A stretch of DNA of 64,000 nt from Phycisphaeraceae bacterium (GTDB lineage: Bacteria > Planctomycetota > Phycisphaerae > Phycisphaerales > Phycisphaeraceae): NCBI GenBank assembly GCA_963674705.1, contig OY771506.1, forward strand, positions 4,832,001 through 4,896,000, written 5' to 3'. The notes under the pieces were generated by a model. It saw only the letters and a list, made by a program, of their open reading frames with translations, did no database searches and was not told where the DNA came from. Shown piece by piece: positions 29,901 through 40,426 of the stretch (position 1 is the first letter of the stretch; every line of letters starts with the position of its first letter). The translations under genes were made by a program, and so were the position numbers.

Positions 29901-31170
29901 AGAGCTGGTCCCCAAATCTTGGACAGCCGGTTGGCCTGAATAAGGTGGGCCAACGGGTTTATGCCGCGGCCAGCGGCGGTCCGGTTATAGGTTTTCCATC
30001 ATACGCTTCGTCCGGCGTCCGTCCAGCGAGTGTCGAGTGCGGACGCTCGGTGTTGTAGAACCGCAGCCATTCATTGATCCCGGCGCGAGCTTCGCTGCCT
30101 CTGTCCCACGCGTGCAGGTACACGCATTCGTACTTCAGGCTCCGCCACAGACGTTCGATGAACACGTTGTCCATCCATCGGCCTTTGCCGTCCATCGATA
30201 CCTTCGCGCCCGCGCTCTTCACTGTTTCGGTCCATTCCAGGCCGGTGAACTGGCTGCCCTGATCGGTGTTGATGATCTGCGGCGGGCCGTGCTTGCTCAG
30301 CGCTTCTTCCAACGCCTCGACGCAGAATGACGCTTCCATCGTGTTGCTCAATCGCCAGGCCAGCACCTTCCTGCTGTGCCAGTCCATGACCGCAACGAGG
30401 TACAAAAAGCCGCGTCGCATCGGGATGTATGTGATGTCGGCGCACCACACATGACCCGGCTGATCAATCTTCAGATTCCGCAGCAGGTACGGATACACCT
30501 TGTTTTCAAGGCATTTGACGCTGGTCTTCGGGGCCTGGTAGATCGGCGTCAAACCCATCTGGCGCATCAATCGACGCACACGCTTGCGGCCGACGTTGTA
30601 GCCAAGCCGACGCAACCAACGCATCATCTGCCGGCTGCCGTAGAACGGCGTGCACAGGAACTGTCGGTCGATCAGACGCATCAGCTTCAGGTTCAACGGG
30701 CTCTCGCCTTTGCCTGAAAAGTAAAACGACGATCGGCTGATCGACACCAGCCCACACTGACGCACGATGCTCAGCTCGGGGTGCTTGGGTTCGACCATGT
30801 CGCAGCGGCGGCCGTGGCTCAAAGCCCCAACCCTTTTTTTAAAAAGTCCTTCTCGATGGTCAGCTCGCCGATCTTCGCGTGCAGCTCTTTGATCTGCTCG
30901 TCGGATGCCTGCGGGTCCTTGCCGCCGCCACGGGCAAAAAGCTGGGCCGCCTCCTGTGCCAGCAGCTTCTTCCACCCGCCGATCATGTTCGGATGCACGT
31001 CGTACTTCTTGGCGATCTCCGCCACCGTCAACTCGCCACGCAGCGCCTCCAGCGCCACCTTCGCCTTGAATTCAGCCGTAAATCGTCGTCGCTTGCTCAT
31101 CAAGTAAGTCCTTTCAAATCTGCAGACCAGCCCACTTTAACCGGCTGTCCAAGATTTGGGGACCAGCTCT
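29901..31170 (-). mobile_element. IS3-family element
   Basis: Perfect 32-bp inverted repeats AGAGCTGGTCCCCAAATCTTGGACAGCCGGTT at 29901-29932 and 31139-31170. Confidence 0.95.
29959..31103 (-). CDS. IS3 transposase OrfA (30819-31103) / OrfB joined by programmed -1 frameshift
   Basis: OrfA RRRFTAEFKAKVALEAL; slippery TTTAAAAAAAG at ~30833-30843; OrfB WCADITYI, NTDQGSQF, DNVFIERLWRSLKYE. Confidence 0.93.
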
Positions 31171-31248
31171 ATCCTTCCGCGGCTATCGATGAAGTTATTT
31201 TAGGCGCACATGTGTTTCTGTCTCAGTGTATTTGCTCAGGAGTTTGCC

Positions 31249-32514
31249 ATGCCTGCTTCCCGCCAACGTGTTCTAGATGCCATTTCGCACAAAAATCCGG
31301 ATCGTGTCCCGCTCGATTTTGGAAGCAGTCCTATAACCGGAATGCACTGTTCGATCGTTGAAGCATTGCGCGAGCACTACGGGCTTGAAAAACGGCCAGT
31401 CAAAGTCCATGAACCGTATCAGATGCTTGGTTATGTGGATGAAGATTTGAAAGAAGTAATTGGCGTGGACGTCGTGGGTGTACTTCCCTTAAGCACAATC
31501 TTCGGATATCCGATCGAGGGCTGGAAACCTTGGAGGACACCTTGGGGCCAGGAGGTATTGGTGCCGGGGCGATTCGTGACCACCACGTGTGAAAATGGCG
31601 ATGTATACACGTACCCTTGCGGAGACCTAAATGCACCGGCGAGTGGGCACATGCCACAGAGCGGTTACTTCTTCGACACAATCATCCGCCAAGATCCGAT
31701 TGACGAAGAGCACCTTAATGTCGAAGACAACTTGGAAGAGTTTGAACACTTGTCTACGAAACATCTGAATAGGCTGGCCGAGGGCGTGCGTGATGCCGCC
31801 AAGACTAATCGGGCGATATTGGTCTGCCTGCCCGGAACAGCTCTAGGCGACATCGCATTGGTGCCAGCCCCTTTCCTTCGGCATCCCAAAGGGATCCGTG
31901 ATATCAGCGAGTGGTACATGTCACTAGCCATGCGAAAGGACTACATCCACCAAATCTTCAAGAGGCAGGTAGAGATCGCGATAAACAACCTGGCCAGAAT
32001 CAATGAGTTGGTCGGCAACCTGATCGATATCGTGGTCCTCTGCGGAACCGACTTCGGCACGCAACAGTCCACTTTCTGCTCAGAACAGTGTTTCCGCGAT
32101 CTCTGGTTGCCTTACTACAAAATGATGAATGACTGGATCCATGCACACACCCATTGGGCTGTGTTCAAGCATTCTTGTGGATCAGTTGTGAGTCTGCTGG
32201 ATGCCTTTATTGACTCGGGCTTCGACATCATTAACCCCGTGCAATGTTCAGCAGCCGGCATGGATCCCAGTGAATTGAAATTGCGGTTTGGCAACAAATT
32301 GACCTTCTGGGGCGGTGGCGTGGACACCCAGCAAACACTGCCATTCGGCACACCCGAATTAGTCCGGACGCAAGTTCTTAAGCGGTGTGAGATCTTCTCA
32401 CAGGAAGGTGGCTTCGTCTTCAACGCCATACATAATGTGCAGGCTCAAACCCCAATTGAGAATGTGGTCGCAATGATCGAAGCAGTCCATGACTTCAATG
32501 GCACCATGCTTTAA
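31249..32514 (+). CDS. Uroporphyrinogen decarboxylase family / MtaA-CmuA-like protein
   Basis: PDRVPLDFG, GTDFGTQ, FKHSCG, INPVQCSA, FWGGGVDTQ, GGFVFNAIHNVQ. Confidence 0.85.
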   Translation: MPASRQRVLDAISHKNPDRVPLDFGSSPITGMHCSIVEALREHYGLEKRPVKVHEPYQMLGYVDEDLKEVIGVDVVGVLPLSTIFGYPIEGWKPWRTPWGQEVLVPGRFVTTTCENGDVYTYPCGDLNAPASGHMPQSGYFFDTIIRQDPIDEEHLNVEDNLEEFEHLSTKHLNRLAEGVRDAAKTNRAILVCLPGTALGDIALVPAPFLRHPKGIRDISEWYMSLAMRKDYIHQIFKRQVEIAINNLARINELVGNLIDIVVLCGTDFGTQQSTFCSEQCFRDLWLPYYKMMNDWIHAHTHWAVFKHSCGSVVSLLDAFIDSGFDIINPVQCSAAGMDPSELKLRFGNKLTFWGGGVDTQQTLPFGTPELVRTQVLKRCEIFSQEGGFVFNAIHNVQAQTPIENVVAMIEAVHDFNGTML

Positions 32515-32619
32515 ACAATACACCTATAGCGGCCTGGCGGATGGTGGGCAAGCTTATCGATAACTTGTCCCCCATCTTCGCCATTATCGATCGCTACGAC
32601 TATACATGTGGTGCATGGC

Positions 32620-33925
32620 ATATCATGCGGATTTACCATCTTGGGAATTTGCATGAAGCTATTCAGTAATACTGCGCACTTTGAGTCATCGATCATGTTG
32701 CTGTAACCCTCGGGCAGGCACTGATGCTGGCACGCTCCCGGATCGTGTCGCTTCCATCACCAGTACTTCAGATAATGGCTGAGAGGAATCACGCTCATAG
32801 TGAGATGGAACTACTTCGGCGTGATTGGGAAGTTTTCCGATCCCAACGCGAAAACATGCGGCCGCATAAGCGACCGGAGTACCCGCCCGAGTAAAGACTG
32901 ACGATCCTGAGGGTCATGCGGCTAAGAGGCTGGAAAGCGGTGATTACAGCCAGACATATTGTGCTACATCCAAATACGGTTCGCACATGGGTTCAAGCAG
33001 TAGAGGGACGGCGAGACTCCGGTAATCTATTAAGCAAGGTGCCGTGGAACCGGATCCATGATGCGGTACGTTGGGCCGTATACGAGTTGCGTCGCATATG
33101 CCCCGAGTCAGAGATCGGTACGAGGACGATTGCCCGCTACCTGTTGCGTGCCAGCATTCAGGTCAGCTGCAGCACTGTGCAACAAGTGTCACGGGATCCA
33201 TAGCCACCGCCTCCAAGGTATATTCGCCCCGACTTTACAGCAGCCGAAGGGGCTGTACCCAGCAATCTACTGGTACCTACATCCACCCATGCTGTCTGGC
33301 ATCTGGACTTGGTTGAGATCAAGATACTATGGTTCCGCTACACCATTGCGGCATTACTGGATGGTTATTCCTGGAAGCTTCTGGCGTTGAAGGTTTATCC
33401 TAAAGCCCTCATGAGTATAGACACGATTGGGTTAGTGAAGAATGCTATTGAGCATTGGGGGCACCTCAGTTCTTAATTACGGACCACGGCTGTCATTTTA
33501 GAAAACGGTTCCGTATAGCGATGAGCGAACTTGGTCCCCGCGTAGTACGTGGCAAAGTGCGATGTCTTGCCTTCAACGGCAAGGTTGGACGATTTTTCAA
33601 GACCTTACGGGTGTGGCAGCACCAGACATTGCTGCCGCTGAATCTTGCGGGCATTCAACGAAAGCGGGACACCTTCCACTATTTGTACAATAGCGAGCGA
33701 CCGCATCAGGCAATCAATGGATTAACGCCTGAAGAGATGTGGACCGATGAAGTACCTAATGAGGCAATCCCCTTCCGAACAGATGCGTTACCACTATATA
33801 TCCAAATCATTCGGGCGCGTGCCGTGACGATCCTTCACTTCCGTCGATTCGTATCCACATCGCCGCCTGAAATACAAATTAAAGATTGCACCCGATCCAC
33901 GTGCGCGGTCATTGCGTACACATAA
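32620..33925 (+). pseudogene. Degraded HTH-rve transposase
   Basis: Fragments with stops and frameshifts: RPHKRPEYPPE*RL, LHPNTVRTW, GTRTIARYL, VWHLDL, ITDHG, NGKVGRFFKTL, YNSERPHQAINGLTP. Confidence 0.85.
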
Positions 33926-34106
33926 GGCGACAGACCATTTTGAGTCAGTATCTATGCGGTAATCCAGACTGGGTTCTTGCGGTCACAACCCGCTGGGCCA
34001 CCACACGGAACCGGGTAGTAATATCCGGTCCCGGGTAGGTGTTATGGCCGCGCCTTCTGACTGACGGGTTGCCCTAAAGAAAGGCTTCGGCGTGACTTAG
34101 TTGTAA

Positions 34107-34179
34107 TGGGCCCGGCAGGGCTTGAACCTGCGACCTCACCCTTATCAGGGGTGCGCTCTACCAACTGAGCTACGAGCCC
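34107..34179 (-). tRNA. tRNA-Ile(GAT)
   Basis: GGGCTCGTAGCTCAGTTGGTAGAGCGCACCCCTGATAAGGGTGAGGTCGCAGGTTCAAGCCCTGCCGGGCCCA folds as a cloverleaf; anticodon GAT; CCA not encoded. Confidence 0.97.
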
Positions 34180-34296
34180 GGGGCAGGATGCTTGCAAAAT
34201 CCTGCGTTGGGGACGAAAGAATATTGTATCACAATCCGCGGGTCAAGGCACATCCGCTAACCGCGTATCCCGGGCTGGAATCACGGTTTTCGGACC

Positions 34297-35358
34297 TTAT
34301 TCGCCCGATTCGTCGTCTGCTTTCTCATCTTCCATCGGCGGGATACTCACCACCTCCACCACCGTCCCCCGGGCCGGGTTGGCTTCGCCTTCGAGTACTT
34401 CACAATAGGAAACCTTCTCCGAGGTCTTAGTGATCTTGATCGTACCGATCTGCTTGCCCTCAGCCTTCTCCAGGACCTCGCCGGTCTCCGGGTCGATCAG
34501 GTCCTCGCCCATCTCAGTCATACGTAGCACCATTCCTTCACGGAAGTTGTACTGCTCGCCGCGATTGATAATGACTTGGCTGTCCTTGACCAATACGACT
34601 GAGCCGTCTGCGGGGAACTCTTCCATCTGAACCGCGAAGAACTTAGCCGCCTGATTAATGCAGTCCTGCGCCGCTTCGCCCAACGGCGTCTTGGCAAATC
34701 CGCCGAGTTTCCCGCCGAAGTCACTTTCGTGATAACCAAGGCTCACAGCCGCTCGCCCCGCTTCGCCGGTGATACGTTTTTTCGCGACGATTTCACCGGT
34801 TGTGGTGTCGATCAGCTTCGCGATGATCGTGATCTTCGCATCGGCCTTGGAACCACCGATGTTAAAGCCTTTAATGCGGATGCCGCCATCCGCGCCGGAT
34901 TCGTTGTACTCGACTTCCGTCATCGCGCCGGTGGCGATGTACTTGGCCGGCCTGAGCTTGCCCGTCTGTGCAACGCTTGAGGCCTGGGCCATCCGACCGC
35001 TTGCGGCAAGATCCTGCTCGCCTATGACATTGCCGAGCCCTTCACGCTCGACCAACACGAACCGGCCTGTATCGAACAGCGCCGACTCCAGCAGGATCGA
35101 CATGTTGTAACCCATGTCCCACTGGCTGCGGTAACCCGCATCGTTATCAAAGTCGACCACACCCACCGCATGCTTCACGCCGTGGTACTCGCCCAGCCCC
35201 ATGTCGGCGTCACCATCCTTGACCTTGGTCTTGTCCGTACCGGTCCCCTTACGGAACAGGTCCTCCAGGCCATCGGCGTTGCTCTGACACGCCATCATCC
35301 CGAAAGCCAACGCCAGGACGACCATCCCGGTCGCTTTGCGCATTGTTGTATGCATCAT
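34297..35358 (-). CDS. CsgG/HfaB family protein with FlgT-like C-terminal domain
   Basis: AVGVVDF, LFDTGRFVLVER, EQDL, AKYIATGAMTE, LIDTTTGEI, DPETGE; SD-supported start near 35358/35355. Confidence 0.85.
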   Translation of the reverse strand: MMHTTMRKATGMVVLALAFGMMACQSNADGLEDLFRKGTGTDKTKVKDGDADMGLGEYHGVKHAVGVVDFDNDAGYRSQWDMGYNMSILLESALFDTGRFVLVEREGLGNVIGEQDLAASGRMAQASSVAQTGKLRPAKYIATGAMTEVEYNESGADGGIRIKGFNIGGSKADAKITIIAKLIDTTTGEIVAKKRITGEAGRAAVSLGYHESDFGGKLGGFAKTPLGEAAQDCINQAAKFFAVQMEEFPADGSVVLVKDSQVIINRGEQYNFREGMVLRMTEMGEDLIDPETGEVLEKAEGKQIGTIKITKTSEKVSYCEVLEGEANPARGTVVEVVSIPPMEDEKADDESGE

Positions 35359-35591
35359 TACCTCCCTGTTTCTTTTTAATATAAATAGGTCGTCGTTGAT
35401 CCGATATCGCACCAATCGCGTCCCGCATATTAACAAAAGCACATAATTACGACACTTACAACAGGCGGGCAATCTCAAACCGACTAAACAAAATGAGGTC
35501 CGAGCGGCCCAATATTTAAATATTTCAAATTTTTTCCTTGACATACTCAATTTTATTAATATTTTGAAGCCAGATATGTGATTTATGGCAT

Positions 35592-35957
35592 ATGACCACA
35601 CCAACCGCCACGAATTCGTGCCCGTACTGCGAGGGGCCCATGCGGGTCACCACCATGCGTTGCGATGCCTGCCAGATCGATATTCAGGCAGCGTTCCCCA
35701 TGTTCCGGGTGGGGAACCTGCCGGCCGAGCATCAGCGATTTATCGAGATGTTCGTCCTTGCCGGGGGCAACCTCAAAACCATGGCCGAGCAGACTGGCGT
35801 GTCATACCCCACCGTCCGCAACCGTCTGGACAAGGTAATCGCCGCGTTGCGTGACGAAATCGCCAAAACGAGCAAAGTCAAAGGCACCATCCTCGACGCC
35901 GTCGACCGCGGCCAGATGGACGCCGACGAAGCCGCCAGAATTATCAAAAAGATCTGA
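35592..35957 (+). CDS. DUF2089-family Zn-ribbon/HTH protein
   Basis: CPYC...CDAC, FIEMFVLAGGNLK, GVSYPTVRNRLDKVI, SHOCT-like tail. Confidence 0.88.
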   Translation: MTTPTATNSCPYCEGPMRVTTMRCDACQIDIQAAFPMFRVGNLPAEHQRFIEMFVLAGGNLKTMAEQTGVSYPTVRNRLDKVIAALRDEIAKTSKVKGTILDAVDRGQMDADEAARIIKKI

Positions 35958-35992
35958 TCGCCGCCGGGCGTTCCGGCGAGAGGGAACCAGCG

Positions 35993-37729
35993 ATGACCGA
36001 CTCGTGCTCCAACACAAACGAAGACCGGGCCTTGGACAGGGCGCTCGAAGATGCGACTCCCCTGCTGGCCGAGTCTTTACAGCGTGACGAGCACATGCGC
36101 CGACGCAGGCGCAAACTACTTTTCGGAGGTCTCATCATGTTGGCAATCCTCGCATCCATCGTCACTGTTGTCGCGATCAACTCCGGACAACCCGCCACCA
36201 CCACCGACAAACCCGGCACGCCGAACGCGCGCATCGACGCCGTGGCCAAGTCGGATGACATCGCAAAGCAAGGCTGGCTTCTTTGGCAATCTGGTCAGTA
36301 CGACAAGGCTGCAAATAACTTCGCCGAAGCAATCAAACTCGATCCCAGTTCGCCCAACCTATGGAACGGCCTTGGTTGGAGCCTGTTCCATCTTGGCGAA
36401 CGCGACAAAGCTGCTGATGCTTTCAAACAAGTTCTCCAGCTCGATGAAACCCATGGCGCAGCACTCAACGGCCTGGGACAGATCGCTTATGTAAAGCGCG
36501 ATTACGACGCCGCTAAAGACTGGTTCCTCAAAGCCAAAGACGCACCCGTCGCACAGCAGACGCTCATCAGTGTTTATCTGTTGCAGAGCGAATACAAGAA
36601 GGCCGAGGCGCTTGCCGACGAACAACTCAAAACATTGCCGGCAGACAGCCAGGACACGACGATCGTCCAGCAACGCAACTGGCTTCTCAAGCTTCAAGCC
36701 GCAGCGAAGTCAGGCGAATTATCCGACGATCTGCGCAAGCTGATCGAACCGGCCGAGCCCAAGCAAGGCGATGCCACCGAGGCTCAAAAGCTTTCACAAC
36801 GTGGTTGGCAACTATGGGGCGAACAGCGTTGGCGTGCCGCTGAACTCGCGTTCACAGAAGCCTTGGAAATCGACCCGGACCTGGCCGAAGCACAGAACGG
36901 CATGGGCTGGGCGTTGATATCACAAGGTAAATTCACTGAAGCGGAACAAAACCTGCGTCGCTGTATCGAACTGACCCCCGACCACGGTGGTGCAATGAAC
37001 GGCCTGGCAATGTGCCTGAAAAACCAGGGCAAAATCGATGAGGCTATCAAGCTGTGGGAGCAGATGTACGAGAAGTCGCCACAGCCCCACGCCGGCGCCG
37101 CCAATCTTGCACGCACCTATGTCGAGCAAGGCCGTTATGTAGGAGCTATCCCCCTGCTCGAACAGTTGATCGAAGCCAACCCCGGTATGAACGAGTACCA
37201 GGAGCTGCTCGATCAAGCCAAATCCGGTGGCACCGCTACCACGCCGGACGACGCTGCCAACATCGCAACCAATGCGGGCGATAACATCCTCACCAACGGC
37301 GGCTTCGAGAACGGCACCGACGGCTGGATCATCGGCAGTAACTCCGGCCACATGAAACTGTCAACCGATACCAATGAAAAAGCTGAGGGCAAGCAGTCAC
37401 TGAAAGTCACAAAGACAGGTGGCATGCCGATCGACATCGTGCGAATCAATGCTGATGGACTAACCGCCGGCCAAACCGTTGACGTCTCCGCCATGATCAA
37501 AACCGACAACGTCGGCAACGCCTGGATGAAGTTCTATGTCTGGGACGCTGGCGGCAACGTGCTAATTGACAACCTCGACGTCACGCGAATCCATGGCACG
37601 AAGAACTGGCACAAAGTTGGCAGGCGCTACAAACTCCCGGCTAATACCAACAGCGCCTCGATCCAGTTCTGGATGATCCTCGATGGCACACTCTGGATCG
37701 ATGACGTCCGCGTCAGCCCCGTGAACTAA
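35993..37729 (+). CDS. Membrane-anchored TPR protein with C-terminal CBM4/9-like domain
   Basis: RRRRRK followed by a TM helix; TPRs (WNGLGW, ALNGLG, AQNGMGW); NILTNGGFE...GTLWIDDVRV. Confidence 0.85.
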   Translation: MTDSCSNTNEDRALDRALEDATPLLAESLQRDEHMRRRRRKLLFGGLIMLAILASIVTVVAINSGQPATTTDKPGTPNARIDAVAKSDDIAKQGWLLWQSGQYDKAANNFAEAIKLDPSSPNLWNGLGWSLFHLGERDKAADAFKQVLQLDETHGAALNGLGQIAYVKRDYDAAKDWFLKAKDAPVAQQTLISVYLLQSEYKKAEALADEQLKTLPADSQDTTIVQQRNWLLKLQAAAKSGELSDDLRKLIEPAEPKQGDATEAQKLSQRGWQLWGEQRWRAAELAFTEALEIDPDLAEAQNGMGWALISQGKFTEAEQNLRRCIELTPDHGGAMNGLAMCLKNQGKIDEAIKLWEQMYEKSPQPHAGAANLARTYVEQGRYVGAIPLLEQLIEANPGMNEYQELLDQAKSGGTATTPDDAANIATNAGDNILTNGGFENGTDGWIIGSNSGHMKLSTDTNEKAEGKQSLKVTKTGGMPIDIVRINADGLTAGQTVDVSAMIKTDNVGNAWMKFYVWDAGGNVLIDNLDVTRIHGTKNWHKVGRRYKLPANTNSASIQFWMILDGTLWIDDVRVSPVN

Positions 37730-37763
37730 AACAGATTCGCTCAACCTTAACCCTACCATACCT

Positions 37764-37836
37764 GCGGCGGTGTGCGCTACTGCTCCATGCGAAAGGTCAT
37801 CGCAAGAGCGATCCCTCTGCACACCGCCGCGGATTT
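37764..37836 (+). terminator. Long stem-loop downstream of the TPR gene
   Basis: 12-bp stem GCGGCGGTGTGC/GCACACCGCCGC with internal hairpin, followed by a short T run. Confidence 0.4.
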
Positions 37837-37839
37837 TAC

Positions 37840-38045
37840 GGGTGTAGGGTGTAGAAATTGTATTGCTAATGGCTAATCGCTAAGGGCTAATGGCTTTACT
37901 CTCCCCCCAACGCCGGTTCTGAGCGCAGCGAAGGGCCGGGTATCCGTCAATATAATCTCTAATCTCTAATCGTTAATCTCTAATCGTTAATCTCTAATCG
38001 TTGCTCAACACAACCACATCCCACACATTAACGATTAACGATTAA
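37840..38045. repeat. Composite intergenic repeat (heptamer arrays + 38-bp hairpin core), copy A
   Basis: (GCTAAnn)n and (AATCTCT/AATCGTT)n arrays; core 37907-37944 matches 57781-57818 at 37/38. Confidence 0.85.
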
Positions 38046-38077
38046 AAATCAGCAATCCCCCACCCCCTGCTCCATCT

Positions 38078-38599
38078 TCAATCCCCTCCCTCAACCCAGT
38101 CACTGCAAACCACTTCCTTCCGAAACACCCACGATTCACAAGGCATGTCATCCTCTGCCGGCTTCACATCGATTTTCCTGAATCCACACTTCTCATAAAA
38201 GTGATGGTTCTTCACAGCAACGCTCGGTGTTTCCAGTTGCCAGGATTTTGTATCCGGATAGGTTGTCTCGATGTGCGCCCAGATCTGCGAGCCCACACCC
38301 TGGTCCTGGTATTGAGGGTCTACAAAAATGGTCCCAAGATAGTTGTTCCCGGTATCGATGATCCAAACAATCACAGCCCCGACAATCCGGCCATCTATAA
38401 CCGCTTTATAGCCGACGGTCTGTTCATAACCGAATAACCACTCCCGAAAAAAGCCCCCGTTGTCATACCCGGGCGGGCCGCCCTTTTCCTTGCCGGAGTG
38501 CTTCTGCGCATCATCATCAAATGCGCGTGTCATCACCTCTGTAAGCTGCGGCACGTCATCTTCAGCGATGCCTGCAATCGTAAGTTTATAGTCCGACAT
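38078..38599 (-). CDS. GNAT-family N-acetyltransferase
   Basis: IFVDPQYQDQGVGSQI; NHHFYEKCGF. Confidence 0.9.
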   Translation of the reverse strand: MSDYKLTIAGIAEDDVPQLTEVMTRAFDDDAQKHSGKEKGGPPGYDNGGFFREWLFGYEQTVGYKAVIDGRIVGAVIVWIIDTGNNYLGTIFVDPQYQDQGVGSQIWAHIETTYPDTKSWQLETPSVAVKNHHFYEKCGFRKIDVKPAEDDMPCESWVFRKEVVCSDWVEGGD

Positions 38600-38710
38600 A
38601 ATAGAGACACCCCCTGTAGGATGCGATGTATCTGAATCGATGCGATTCTTCCAACATCAAACATCTTACAGGGGATGTGTGTCTGGCAACACCTGGGTTT
38701 TATTAGCGAA

Positions 38711-40390
38711 TCATCCCCCCGCTGCCGGCTCTTCAACTTCAATCACTTCCGCGACAGCATTCACATCACCACCCAGTTCCGCGGTCAGTTTCACAGCTTT
38801 CACCTGGGCTTGTCGTGCGTAGTCGATCGCTTCACCGAGGATGCGCGTCGCTTCCTGGTCGGCGTGGAAGCCGCGCGAGTTCTCGCTGCTGATGTAGTCC
38901 AATCGCCACATCGCCTTACGTTGCAACGCAAAGATCGGCTTGAGTTGCTCTTCGGTTGCACCGGCTTCCTTGGCTTTCAGGATGGCATCGAGCATATCGA
39001 TCATCGCTTCGGCTGCGCGGTCCATATGTGCCATCGTTCGATTCTGAATAGTCTCGACCTTTTCTCGCAGTGTGTCCTCACTATCGTGATGGCATTGCTG
39101 GCAGGCATTGTTGATGTTCTTCAGCGGACTCTGCACATTATGGCTGCTGACCTTCATCGCCCCTTCGCGCTCGTAGGGCATGTGGCAGTCGGCACAACTA
39201 ACACCGCTTCGGGCGTGGATACCCTGACTCCACAATTCAAACTCGGGGTGCTGGGCCTTGAGCACCAGCGCGCCGGTTTCGGCGTGCTTATAGTCATAGA
39301 ACTCCGTGCCATCAGGGAACTTCTTCTCATCCCAGTGCGCTTCGAGCTGCTCTATTTTCAGACCATTGGACCAGGGAAACTCAAGCGTGTCTTTGTTCGC
39401 GCAGTAGTATTCAACGTGGCACTGGCCGCAGACGAAAGAACGCATCTCCTGCCGCGAGGCGAGTTTGTTGGGATCGTACGGCTCGTTGCGGTCGCCGCGA
39501 CGCCACTGCTCGATGCTCGGGATGTGGGGCGTCGGTTCATCACTTTCCGCCAGGTCTGCAATGCCCCGCACGAAGCCCGGCCGGGTCACGCGCACGGCCA
39601 TGGTCTCTGGTGTGTGGCAGTCGATGCAGGAGACGGGATGGGCTTCACCACCGGCCAGCATGGGGTGATCTTCGGGGACGGGCTCGCCCTTGAACTCGCC
39701 GGTGAAACCTCCGATGGGGGCCTGGGGGACAACCGGTTCGTTCTCACCGGGCGTGCCATCGGGCGCTGCCATCACCAGCGCGAGCACCTCGTCGTAAGGC
39801 TTTCGACTGACTTCCTCGAACCCGCGGATCACGGCGGGCATATTGAAGTCTTTCGCCAGTGTCGCATCGTCGGCGGGCAGCCCCATCGCTTCGAGGCCCA
39901 CCTTGCGGTACATCACCGTGTTGGATGCGTGGCAGTGCAGGCACGCGCCAGCCTGAGACTTCTTGGTCACCCGTTCGGTCACACCCTGGTCGTAGAGCAT
40001 GTAGGCATGCCCACGGGCTTCGCGGTAATCAATGCTGAAGGCGTAGCCCGCGTAGAGCCGCTTAAGCCAGGGGTAGGTGTCCAGCTTGCTCTGGGGCAGG
40101 GCGCTCGAGCCGCCGTAGAACTTGTCACCCGCGGTTGCTTTCCAGCCGTCGAACTGGTGCGGCCAGTTGCGGCCCCATGGCTCGGGGTCGGTACTGATCT
40201 CGGTCACCTCGGCGACACGCACGAACGGCTGACGCGCTGCCTGCTTGTGGCCGAACATCGTGATCAACACCCAGGTCACCAGCAACGTGCCGACCACGGC
40301 GACGATGAAGACCAGCGCGAGTAGTGCCACCTTTCCCGATCGGGAATGCGTATCGGAGGTTGTGGTCGTTGTTGACTCATGTGTTGACAT
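38711..40390 (-). CDS. nrfA: Pentaheme cytochrome c nitrite reductase catalytic subunit (CxxCH heme-1 variant)
   Basis: [18 protein letters not shown]; five CxxCH motifs; [26 protein letters not shown]. Confidence 0.95.
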   Translation of the reverse strand: MSTHESTTTTTSDTHSRSGKVALLALVFIVAVVGTLLVTWVLITMFGHKQAARQPFVRVAEVTEISTDPEPWGRNWPHQFDGWKATAGDKFYGGSSALPQSKLDTYPWLKRLYAGYAFSIDYREARGHAYMLYDQGVTERVTKKSQAGACLHCHASNTVMYRKVGLEAMGLPADDATLAKDFNMPAVIRGFEEVSRKPYDEVLALVMAAPDGTPGENEPVVPQAPIGGFTGEFKGEPVPEDHPMLAGGEAHPVSCIDCHTPETMAVRVTRPGFVRGIADLAESDEPTPHIPSIEQWRRGDRNEPYDPNKLASRQEMRSFVCGQCHVEYYCANKDTLEFPWSNGLKIEQLEAHWDEKKFPDGTEFYDYKHAETGALVLKAQHPEFELWSQGIHARSGVSCADCHMPYEREGAMKVSSHNVQSPLKNINNACQQCHHDSEDTLREKVETIQNRTMAHMDRAAEAMIDMLDAILKAKEAGATEEQLKPIFALQRKAMWRLDYISSENSRGFHADQEATRILGEAIDYARQAQVKAVKLTAELGGDVNAVAEVIEVEEPAAGG

Positions 40391-40426
40391 ATGATTTACC
40401 CTTACATTACAGACCGACGCGCGTCG

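Larger units (their letters stand above)
13396..34104. mobile_element. Genomic island integrated at tRNA-Ile(GAT), ~20.7 kb, no intact integrase seen
   Basis: Bounded by the 45-bp tRNA repeat; contains a Fic pseudogene, transposase relics, IS3 and catabolic cargo. Confidence 0.85.

Noticed and set aside
35359..35604. N-terminal extension of the CsgG-like ORF
   Set aside because: It crosses the AT-rich divergent promoter; a strong SD and signal peptide start at 35358/35355.
37764..37830. Riboswitch
   Set aside because: It lies 3' of convergent genes and matches no aptamer consensus I recognise; treated as a terminator-like hairpin.
38675..40324. 549-aa plus-strand ORF
   Set aside because: Antisense shadow of nrfA in GC-rich DNA, with no recognisable motifs.
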